Part shown: positions 55,667 through 63,561 of the stretch, piece after piece
Layout of the letters: each line of letters begins with the position of its first letter
How positions within the stretch are numbered: the first letter of the stretch is position 1
From: a virus
Length of the DNA: 64,000 bases
Strand: one strand, 5' to 3'
IMG/VR virus record: IMGVR_UViG_3300023199_000051
Coordinates: 96,001-160,000 of that record
Translations under genes and position numbers: made by a program
Notes under the pieces: model-generated
What the model saw: only the letters and a program-made list of their open reading frames with translations
What the model was told of the DNA's origin: nothing
Database searches by the model: none

Positions 55667-55826
55667 CCACGACGAGCCGGGCGTGTATATCGGGGAGCTG
55701 CGTCGGGGCGTAGCGGTCGGAACTCCATTGCACGAAAAGGCAGTTTATGCCTGCAATATGAAGAATTGTGTGCGGTTTGTGCCACGGCAGGCTACATTAG
55801 GGGTGTCACCAACGAGGAAGACGTCA

Positions 55827-56420
55827 ATGCTCCCCACCACGGATAGCACCGAACACCACCATTTGGAGTGTCTGATACTGAGGTCAACCTCAAAGCTGCG
55901 GCGTGTTCGAGAAGCACGCGGGTACTCCCAGGTCGCACTCGCCCAACGCACTGGGGTCAGCCAGCCAGACATCTCTGCCCTGGAGCGTGAAGCGCTGTCT
56001 CCGACTGGAACAAATGGCACCTGGCGCTGCCAGGTCTACGACCTGGCAGACGTGTTGGGGGTGCTCCCGGGGGAGTTGTTCCCCAGAGCAGACGCACCCT
56101 GCACGGTCCCACTTGATCATGCCGCTAGCGTGGCTCACCCCGCTGACCTGGAAGCCCTCATTGAGGTCCACGAGGACATCCAGCTTCTCATTGTCGCCAT
56201 GGAGCAGTTGCCAGCACAGGGCCGTCGCGCTCTGGCTCTGCGCTATGGAATCGGCGGCCACGAAGAGCACAGCCTCGCTGCAGTCGGCCGGAAGCTGACG
56301 CCGCCTGTGGGCGCGGAACGTGCCCGTCAAATTGTGCGCACGGCCTACTTCCAACTCCGTGAGTGTGGCCCTATCCCCGCTGCCTACCCTTCCCTCATGT
56401 ACACCCCCCGGAGCTTCTGA
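55827..56420 (+). CDS. XRE-HTH plus sigma70 region-4-like fusion regulator
   Basis: LRRVREARGYSQVALAQRTGVSQPDISALE; LPAQGRRALALRYGI...SLAAVGRKL...AERARQI. Start reassigned to ATG 55827. Confidence 0.8.
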   Translation: MLPTTDSTEHHHLECLILRSTSKLRRVREARGYSQVALAQRTGVSQPDISALEREALSPTGTNGTWRCQVYDLADVLGVLPGELFPRADAPCTVPLDHAASVAHPADLEALIEVHEDIQLLIVAMEQLPAQGRRALALRYGIGGHEEHSLAAVGRKLTPPVGAERARQIVRTAYFQLRECGPIPAAYPSLMYTPRSF

Positions 56421-57988
56421 TGAAATGGTTCGACATCGACAAAGAGGGCATGCGCAAGGTGCTTGCCCGTCGCAGCATCGCCCACGCGCTGCTGGAGCTG
56501 GTACAGAACGCGCTCGACGAGCCCGGCACGACGAGCGTGAAGGTGCGGATCAGCCCGGTGCCCCGCAAGCCCTTCGCCTGGGTCGAGGTGTCCGATGACG
56601 CGCCGGAGGGCTTCAAGCGCCTGTCCGACGCCTGGACGCTGTTCGCCGAGAGCTGGAAGAAGGGGGACGCGACCAAGCGCGGCCGGTTCAACATCGGTGA
56701 GAAGCTGGTCCTCGCCATGGCCCGCGAAGCGGCCATCACGACGACGACGGGGACCGTCCTCTTCGAGGAGGCTGGGCGCCGCCGCACCCGCGCTTCGACC
56801 GAGAAGGGCTCCCTGGTCTGGGTGCTGCTCCGCATGACCCGCGCTGATGTGGCTGAGGCGGAAGCTGTGCTTCACCGCGTCCTGGTCCCGGATGGGATCA
56901 CCTTGACGGTGGCCGTCACTGGGGAGGGACCGGGCGACGATCTATCCACCGTGGTCGAGCCGTCGGAGCCCCTGGCCGTCTCCACCGTCTCGCTGCCCAC
57001 CGAGATCGCCGACGATGGGGGCTACCTGCGCCCCACCGCCCGCAAGACCACAGTCGCCATTCACGAGCCTGCCGACGACTCTGGCGCCTGGCTGTATGAG
57101 ATGGGGATCCCCGTCGTCCAGCTCGACACGCCCTGGTCGGTCGACGTTCAGCAGCGCATCCCGCTCAACCTCGACCGGGACAACGTCACGCCGGCCTACG
57201 CCCGGAAGGTGCACGCCGCGGTGCTCAACACCATGCGGGAAGAGCTGAGTCGCTCCGAGGAGCACCGAGGCTTCAGTGCTTGCGAGCCCTGGGTTCGGGA
57301 GGCATCTGGCGCTCCAGAATGTGACGACGACGCATTCAAAGCGGTCCTCGACGCACGCTTCGGCGAAGACCGGGTCATGGCCGACCCCTCCGACCGCGAG
57401 GCTGGTATGAACGCCGTCAGTCACGGATACAAGCTGGTGTACGGCAACCAGCTCAACGCCGGGAAGCGCAGGAAGCTCCGCGAGCTGCGTGCCAAGGGCG
57501 ACGACCCCCTCGTCCCGGCCGGGCGTACCCGCTTCAAGAGCCCCAAGCCCTACAGCGACGATCCCGACGCGCCCCAGGTCAAGGTCATCCCCGAGTACGA
57601 CTGGACCGACCGGCAGCACGAGGTAGTCGCCTACGCCAAGCATGTCGCGGCCGAGCTGGGCGTCACGCTCCAGCTCACCGTGCGCATCGTCCACACCACC
57701 AACGGCTTCGCAGCCTGCTACAGCCCTGGACAGCTCGACCTCGGACAGCTCGACCTCAACCTCTTCCGCCTGGGCCACGACTGGTTCAAGGGCACGGGTC
57801 CGGGTGCCCTGGAGCGCGTCAACGATCTGTTCATCCACGAGTTCGGTCACCACTACGAGGACAACCACCTGTCCAGCGACTACCACGACGCCTTGACCCG
57901 CCTGGGGGCAGCTCTGACCCGCGCCGCCTTGGAGCGGCGGCTGCGCCCTGGCGACTTCGGCTACAAGCTGTCTGGGGGTGCGCAATGA
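56420..57988 (+). CDS. GHKL (Hsp90/MORC-like) ATPase with a C-terminal HExxH motif
   Basis: LLELVQNALD (N-box), VSDDAPEG, KRGRFNIGEK and FIHEFGHH; TGATG coupling. Confidence 0.8.
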   Translation: MKWFDIDKEGMRKVLARRSIAHALLELVQNALDEPGTTSVKVRISPVPRKPFAWVEVSDDAPEGFKRLSDAWTLFAESWKKGDATKRGRFNIGEKLVLAMAREAAITTTTGTVLFEEAGRRRTRASTEKGSLVWVLLRMTRADVAEAEAVLHRVLVPDGITLTVAVTGEGPGDDLSTVVEPSEPLAVSTVSLPTEIADDGGYLRPTARKTTVAIHEPADDSGAWLYEMGIPVVQLDTPWSVDVQQRIPLNLDRDNVTPAYARKVHAAVLNTMREELSRSEEHRGFSACEPWVREASGAPECDDDAFKAVLDARFGEDRVMADPSDREAGMNAVSHGYKLVYGNQLNAGKRRKLRELRAKGDDPLVPAGRTRFKSPKPYSDDPDAPQVKVIPEYDWTDRQHEVVAYAKHVAAELGVTLQLTVRIVHTTNGFAACYSPGQLDLGQLDLNLFRLGHDWFKGTGPGALERVNDLFIHEFGHHYEDNHLSSDYHDALTRLGAALTRAALERRLRPGDFGYKLSGGAQ

Positions 57989-58689
57989 GCAACCCCCTCG
58001 ACAACATCGACGACGCCACACTGGCAGCTGCAGTGCGGGAGGCGCTGTACGTCGAAGCCTGCCACGTCACAGGAACGCACAATCCACGGCACACACCCCT
58101 GTACATCTGCGTGGAACAGAAGAGGGCGATGGTCGGCCGGTTGCTGCGGGAGCTGAAGCTGAGTGCCTACGACCTTCCCCGAAAGGGGGACTACTGGACA
58201 CGGCGGTACCAGGAGCAGGCCAAGAGCGGCGACCAGAAAGCGTTGCTTACCTGGGGCATGGAGGAGGCATGGCTGGACTACTGGGCGCCTGCTGACGTGC
58301 TACGGGGCCTGGACCATGGACCCTGGGACTACGGAGAACGGGAGCGGCTGGCGCGCCGCCTGCGTAAGGAGCTGACCATCGAGATCCCCCTCTCGACGTC
58401 GGCTGGCAGGAAGGCTGGCAAGTACCACGGGCCCTTGGTCGGCATCGAGATGGTGGCACATGGGCTCCTCATCACGCCCCGGCCGAACCTGTACTCGGTG
58501 AGCACTTTCCGGTACTGGCTCCTGGTGAGGCTGACTGGTGGCGTGCGCCTGGTCACGGTCGACGGCAGCTACCACAAGGCCGACACCGAAGCGCCTACCA
58601 GCACTCCCCTCTCCGGGGCCAAAGAGATTGCATCGTGCATCAAAGAGTGCGTCGAAGCACTGAAACCGGCAGATACCTCCACGTCGTAG
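57985..58689 (+). CDS. Hypothetical protein
   Basis: ATGA overlap; 234 aa. Confidence 0.65.
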   Translation: MSNPLDNIDDATLAAAVREALYVEACHVTGTHNPRHTPLYICVEQKRAMVGRLLRELKLSAYDLPRKGDYWTRRYQEQAKSGDQKALLTWGMEEAWLDYWAPADVLRGLDHGPWDYGERERLARRLRKELTIEIPLSTSAGRKAGKYHGPLVGIEMVAHGLLITPRPNLYSVSTFRYWLLVRLTGGVRLVTVDGSYHKADTEAPTSTPLSGAKEIASCIKECVEALKPADTSTS

Positions 58690-58742
58690 CCTCTCGTGCT
58701 ACATTCCTGATACACCCTCACTGTTGACATCCCGGAGTAGGC

Positions 58743-58898
58743 ATGTCTGAGTCCACACACCGCGAGACTGACCGCGAACGCGAGGCGCGACTGCGCCGGT
58801 ATGCCTTCGTCGCCACCGTGCTGCTTGCGCCCTTCTGGGTGCCGGCTGGCATCGCTGCAGGGCTCATGGATAGCTGCTGCCAGCGGGGGGCGCAATGA
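58743..58898 (+). CDS. Small membrane peptide (51 aa)
   Basis: MSESTHRE...YAFVATVLLAPFWVPAGIAAGLM; GGAG upstream; its stop overlaps the next ATG. Confidence 0.5.
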   Translation: MSESTHRETDREREARLRRYAFVATVLLAPFWVPAGIAAGLMDSCCQRGAQ

Positions 58899-59404
58899 CT
58901 GAAGCTGCCATCCGTGCCGAGTTCGAGCGCCTGTGCACCCTGGATGTCTTCGGAGGCGTCTTCGACGAACGGCTGCCCGCGCTCCACCTTGAGCAGCACA
59001 GCGACGTCCGGCGCTGCAAGGGCGAAGCCGATCTCGATGACTGGCTCGTCGTCGTGCACCTCTGGGAGGGGCAGAGCTGGGGTGAGACACGCGAGACGAT
59101 GCTGCACGAGCTGGTGCATCTGTCGGGGCCAGCCTGCTGGCGCGGCCACTACGCACCCTTCAAGCGCAAGCTGCTCGCAGCTGCACTGGAAGCCTGGGGC
59201 TTGCAGGGCAGCCTGCTCGGGTGGACGCCGTGCCAGCCGTACCGCCAGCTCGACCACCATCTCGTCGACGCCCTGGACCACCCATGGAGGACAGCTGTGA
59301 AGAGGGCTGTCGCTGAAGCGGTGGAACACCTGCGACTGCTGCTGTCCGTGAGGGCGGTCGGAGCGGCTGGCTGCACCGGGCTGCGGGGGGCCGGTGATGA
59401 ATGA
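58895..59404 (+). CDS. SprT-like zinc metalloprotease domain protein
   Basis: RETMLHELVHL...HYAPFK. Confidence 0.7.
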   Translation: MTEAAIRAEFERLCTLDVFGGVFDERLPALHLEQHSDVRRCKGEADLDDWLVVVHLWEGQSWGETRETMLHELVHLSGPACWRGHYAPFKRKLLAAALEAWGLQGSLLGWTPCQPYRQLDHHLVDALDHPWRTAVKRAVAEAVEHLRLLLSVRAVGAAGCTGLRGAGDE

Positions 59405-59654
59405 CCGCCTGCCTTGTGGCCACCACACTGCGTGTGTCGTCTCCACCGACGAGGGCACGCACTATTGCGGGCGGTGCGAGGAGGTTGCTCGCCTCCTCGA
59501 CGACACCGAGCGGCTGCAGGCCGAGATTGACCGCCTGCAAGCCAACGCCACCGCCCGCGAAGGGTTGCTGCGCCGCCGGACTGATGCACTACGTGAGGCC
59601 GAGCGGGAGCGGGCTGCCTTGCGGTCGCGGTCGGAGGAGGACCCCGATGCGTGA
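59397..59654 (+). CDS. Small Zn-finger/coiled-coil protein
   Basis: LPCGHHTAC...YCGRC followed by a heptad-like tail. Confidence 0.55.
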   Translation: MNDRLPCGHHTACVVSTDEGTHYCGRCEEVARLLDDTERLQAEIDRLQANATAREGLLRRRTDALREAERERAALRSRSEEDPDA

Positions 59655-59792
59655 TCCGCACTGGCATGCCGTCGGACAGGTAGGAATCTTTCGAGGATAG
59701 GTGACGCAGGTACCTTTGAGAGGGTATGTAGTATGTGTCACATTAGACTACACCGCACACACTGAACACCCAGCACCGAGGACTCAACAGCA

Positions 59793-60596
59793 ATGGATAC
59801 TGCGACCCACCGAAGAGGTGCGGACCGTGACCAGCACGTCACGCTCCGCCTCTGGGGACTGGAAGCGCTGTGGACGCCGGCGCACGTCCGGGCCAACCCC
59901 TACAGCTACCCGGTTCCGACCTACAGCGCGTTGAAGGGCGTCCTTCGCGCCATCTACTGGAAGCCGCCCTTCGAGTACGAGCCCTTGTGGGTGTCCGTGC
60001 TCAAGCCGATCCGGTACGAGACCCGATCGATGATCGGAGTGGTCAACACCCTGGCACAGGCTGACAAGGACCCTGACGGTAACGGCGGCCGTACTCGCTA
60101 CACGCAGAGCATCCTGTGGGACGTCGACTACGTGGTGCGGGCGCGGCTCGTCAAGAACCCCCACTACCCGCACAAGACGCTGCATGCGTACCACCAGGAG
60201 ATTCTGCGACGGATGCGGCGTGGCGAGCAGTATGGGCCGCTGTACATGGGCAAGTCCGAGTTCGCCGCCAACTACGAGCTGATCGAGGAGGGCGACGAGC
60301 TTCCAGCCCCGCAACCCATCACGATGGACCTGGGGAGCATGCTCTTCGATCAGATCCCCCTACAGCTGGGCAGCTGGCGCAGCCGGAGGAGGTGGCGCAA
60401 GCGGAAGGCTGCAGGCCGCAAGGTCAGCAAGCGGGAGCCCTGGAAGCAGGAGCTGATGCCCGTGTTCCACAAGGCCACGATGCAGGGCGGCGTGGTTCAC
60501 TTCCCGGCCGATCTGATGGACCGCTACCGCGACCAGATCTTCGAGGCGCGGGCCAAGACCCACCAGGACACGAGGGGGGACCATGTTGCTGCTTGA
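59793..60596 (+). CDS. cas5: Type I-C Cas5 (Cas5d-like)
   Basis: SYPVPTYSALKGVLRAIYWKP, LKPIRY and ILWDVDYVVRA...GPLYMG match the Cas5c/Cas5d pattern. Confidence 0.9.
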   Translation: MDTATHRRGADRDQHVTLRLWGLEALWTPAHVRANPYSYPVPTYSALKGVLRAIYWKPPFEYEPLWVSVLKPIRYETRSMIGVVNTLAQADKDPDGNGGRTRYTQSILWDVDYVVRARLVKNPHYPHKTLHAYHQEILRRMRRGEQYGPLYMGKSEFAANYELIEEGDELPAPQPITMDLGSMLFDQIPLQLGSWRSRRRWRKRKAAGRKVSKREPWKQELMPVFHKATMQGGVVHFPADLMDRYRDQIFEARAKTHQDTRGDHVAA

Positions 60597-62526
60597 CAAG
60601 CTGATCGAGCGATCGCGTCATACCCAGGTGCTCCCAGGATACGCCAAGTCCGAGTTCTCTGTTGTGCTGCACGTCGGGAAGGATGGCACCTTCAAGGGCA
60701 TCGAGGTGCTCGATGAGCCTCGCACCGAGATCGTGCCCACCAATCCGGTCAGGACAAGCTCTGTGGTGGCAATGACTGCCATCGACAACGCGCTGTACAC
60801 CCTGGGGGCCGCGCCTCCTGGCCGGTCTGCCGAGTGGGTTGCGAAGCGCCACCAAGCGTACCTCGGCATGCTGAGCAAGATCGACCACCCTGCATGCAGG
60901 CTGATCGAGAAGGCACTGGCGCAGAGCCCAGCCGTGGTGGGGTGGGACAAGCAGGTGCCCACGCAGGCGCAGCTTGCCCAGGTCATGGAAGCTGATGAAG
61001 TACAGCGCACCGGGCCTGGCAAGAAGGCGCTGATCAAGCGTGGAAAACTGACGCCGAACAGCCAGGTGGTGGGCGCGCACAAGTGCGCCATCACCAGCGC
61101 AGCTCGCTACGTAGACGCAGCCTCTGTGCTGCATGTGTCGGGCCTCAGCGACAAGTCGATGATCCTGATTGACGTCGAGGGCCACGAGCAGTGGTGGTGC
61201 GATCCCGCTGTGGACGCGGTGCACACCAGGCGTCGGCTGGAGGCCAACAACCGAGAGGGGACACCCCGCATGTGGCCGTGCTCCCTGTGCGGGGAGACGC
61301 GCACCATCACCCGGCTGTTCCGCTCCAGCCACGTCCTGAGCGGTGGCCTCATCAGCTTCAACGGAGCTGCGTGGAGTGGCTACAACCGCAAGCAGGGCCG
61401 CTGTGCACCTACGTGCATGGAGTGTGCAGAGCGCATCGGCATCGGCCTCGACGCCATCCTGCGCACCCCAGGCACGCTCAAGTGGCTGGGTGGGGAGGAG
61501 GACTATCGGCTTGTGTGGTGGGCTGACGATCCCGGCAAGCCGGGCCCGTGGCCTGCGCTCAGCAAGGCGCTCGACATGGAGACGCCCGACGAGGATGCGG
61601 AGGAGCTGCTCAGTCAGATCACAGCCGGCCAGCTCATCAGCCTCACTCAGCAGGAGAAGCGTCTGTCGCTACGGCGTCACGTCCAGGTGGACCCCGAGGT
61701 GGTGCGGGAACGTGTCATGCGGTGGCGGCGCGTCCACCGCCGCTTCCTGGGGGAAGACCGGCAAGCATGGCCCGTGAGCACCGCTCATGCGTTGCGCTTC
61801 GATGGAGCCACGAGGCAGGCGAAGCTGTCGAACCGGAACCCCGGACTCCTGCGGCGCCAGGAGATGATCTACCTGTACCTCCTCGGCGGACAGCCGTTCT
61901 GCCGACGAGAGACCAACTGGGCGCAAGCACTGTTGGACAGGCAGCACCCCGACGACCACCAGAAGACAACCAACCTGCGCCGGGCGGCGTTTCTGACGTT
62001 CGCCGGTGCTCCCTACCAGCAGGAGAAAGACATGGAGTTCGCAGTGACTGCGTACGACGACAAGGGACGTCCGATCAGGACGTGCCGAGCCCCGGAGGAA
62101 AGCAACCTCGACCTGGCCGAGCTGGCCGTGTTCTACCTCGGACGCGCCCTCGCTCGGGCAGCCGACAACCAGACCAGTGGGGGTCGCTCCGTCCAGACGC
62201 GCGTCGACAGCACCTACAGCAACCTCGTGAAGCGGCGCCCCGGCGACGTCTACAGGATCATCAAGTCCAGCTACAGCCAGTACGAGTTCTTCAACGAGAA
62301 GACGCAGCGCCGGACGAAGGTCGACGACAAGGTGATGGAGGTACTGCTGAGCCGGACGGTGGAGTTCCAGCCGCTCAACGGCCTCCCTGCCCCCATGGAT
62401 CCCCGCCAGTGCGTCATCTTCGACAAGGGCTACTACTTCCAGCGCTTCCTCCGGGATGCATACATGGAGGTGTGTGCGCAGGAGGCTGCCGAGGAGGAGG
62501 CTGCCGAGGAGGTGGCTGCCAAGTAG
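60583..62526 (+). CDS. cas8c: Type I-C large subunit Cas8c (divergent)
   Basis: Lies between cas5 and cas7; RTSSVVAMTAIDNALYTLG; CSLCG/CMEC Zn motifs; LISFN; C-terminal YLGR and GYYFQ. Confidence 0.8.
   Translation: MLLLDKLIERSRHTQVLPGYAKSEFSVVLHVGKDGTFKGIEVLDEPRTEIVPTNPVRTSSVVAMTAIDNALYTLGAAPPGRSAEWVAKRHQAYLGMLSKIDHPACRLIEKALAQSPAVVGWDKQVPTQAQLAQVMEADEVQRTGPGKKALIKRGKLTPNSQVVGAHKCAITSAARYVDAASVLHVSGLSDKSMILIDVEGHEQWWCDPAVDAVHTRRRLEANNREGTPRMWPCSLCGETRTITRLFRSSHVLSGGLISFNGAAWSGYNRKQGRCAPTCMECAERIGIGLDAILRTPGTLKWLGGEEDYRLVWWADDPGKPGPWPALSKALDMETPDEDAEELLSQITAGQLISLTQQEKRLSLRRHVQVDPEVVRERVMRWRRVHRRFLGEDRQAWPVSTAHALRFDGATRQAKLSNRNPGLLRRQEMIYLYLLGGQPFCRRETNWAQALLDRQHPDDHQKTTNLRRAAFLTFAGAPYQQEKDMEFAVTAYDDKGRPIRTCRAPEESNLDLAELAVFYLGRALARAADNQTSGGRSVQTRVDSTYSNLVKRRPGDVYRIIKSSYSQYEFFNEKTQRRTKVDDKVMEVLLSRTVEFQPLNGLPAPMDPRQCVIFDKGYYFQRFLRDAYMEVCAQEAAEEEAAEEVAAK
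62032..62526 (+). CDS. cas11: Hidden small subunit Cas11 from an internal in-frame start in cas8c
   Basis: AGGAG RBS 6 nt before the in-frame ATG 62032; the 164-aa product carries FYLGR and FDKGYYFQR. Confidence 0.65.
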   Translation: MEFAVTAYDDKGRPIRTCRAPEESNLDLAELAVFYLGRALARAADNQTSGGRSVQTRVDSTYSNLVKRRPGDVYRIIKSSYSQYEFFNEKTQRRTKVDDKVMEVLLSRTVEFQPLNGLPAPMDPRQCVIFDKGYYFQRFLRDAYMEVCAQEAAEEEAAEEVAAK

Positions 62527-62538
62527 GCGTTCCTCCAC

Positions 62539-62591
62539 ACTCAACACCCTTCGACTCAACACCCTTCGACTCAACACCCTTCGACTCAACA
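62539..62591 (+). repeat. 15-bp tandem repeat ACTCAACACCCTTCG x3.5 between cas8c and cas7
   Basis: Units start at 62539, 62554 and 62569, with a partial unit at 62584. Confidence 0.9.
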
Positions 62592-62608
62592 ACCACGAGG
62601 ACTGAACC

Positions 62609-63532
62609 ATGACCACCCCCCACACCCCCACCACCTTCGACCCCGACTATGGGCTCCCCTGCGACCCCAGGCAGAGCATGACCATGGTCGTGCTGCTGAG
62701 CTGCTACCACGGCATCCTCAACATGCGCCCAGACGGCTCTGGAGAGCCCCGCATGGACCCTGACGGGCACAGCACCGCGACCGGCGAGTGCATCAAGCGC
62801 ATCTGGCGCGACGGCGTGAAGATCGCAGGCGGCCTCGACCTCCTCTACGAGCGCGACTGCGACATCGGGGACCGCACGTCCCCCTACGTCATCAAGAAGG
62901 GCAAGGAGGCGGGCAAGCTCGACCTCGAACGGATGTGCGCGGACTTCTGGGATGCTCCCCTGGGCACCCCGGCCACGGCGGCGAAGAAGCAGGCCGCGCT
63001 CCGCAGCGCACTGACCGTGCAGCTCTCGCGCAGCGTCGACGAGGTGCTCCCCGACCTGGAGCACTTCGCTGGGACCATCGGCAACACCAAGGAGCGGGAC
63101 GGCGCAGGTGACAGCAAGGAGAGCTACCTCTCTCGCGCCTTCAACACGCGCTTCCGCGTGCCCTTCGCCACCTACGTCACGCCCGTGATCTACCACCCGA
63201 TGCTCGGCGCGAAGTACGGGATCACGCCTCAGTGGTTCCAGTCGCTGTACACCGGCATGATTGACGGTCCCGAACACATCCTGTCCACCCAGCGGTCGGA
63301 CCTCCGCGTGGAGGGGGTGTACGTCTTCACCACGTCGAAGATGCGGGGCGGCGAGCGCAAGTGCGACACCGTCAGCCGCGTGAAGATCGCGTGCAAGGAG
63401 GGCGTCATCGGAGGGCGTGCCAAGCGCTTCAGCGACTACGAGATCACCGTCGACGACGACATGCCCCCCTGGATGCAGCTCTACAGCTACGTGCCCGCCC
63501 TGCAGCGCAGCGAGCAGGCCGCCGCCAAGTAG
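62609..63532 (+). CDS. cas7: Type I-C backbone Cas7 (Csd2-like, divergent)
   Basis: ILNMRPDGSGEPRMD...TGECIKRIWRD parallels the Csd2 NPNGDP..PR.D..TDVCLKRK.R motif; RVPFATY; RFSDYEI. Confidence 0.85.
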   Translation: MTTPHTPTTFDPDYGLPCDPRQSMTMVVLLSCYHGILNMRPDGSGEPRMDPDGHSTATGECIKRIWRDGVKIAGGLDLLYERDCDIGDRTSPYVIKKGKEAGKLDLERMCADFWDAPLGTPATAAKKQAALRSALTVQLSRSVDEVLPDLEHFAGTIGNTKERDGAGDSKESYLSRAFNTRFRVPFATYVTPVIYHPMLGAKYGITPQWFQSLYTGMIDGPEHILSTQRSDLRVEGVYVFTTSKMRGGERKCDTVSRVKIACKEGVIGGRAKRFSDYEITVDDDMPPWMQLYSYVPALQRSEQAAAK

Positions 63533-63561
63533 AACGCGCCCACACACACAAGGAGACCCCC

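Noticed and set aside
54692-55733. ORFs spanning the CRISPR array
   Set aside because: They are translations of repeats and spacers (recurring SSQQTAAT or LQHTQQS), not genes.
58724-58752. TTGACA at 58724 as a sigma70 promoter
   Set aside because: There is no acceptable -10 element at 16-18 bp spacing.
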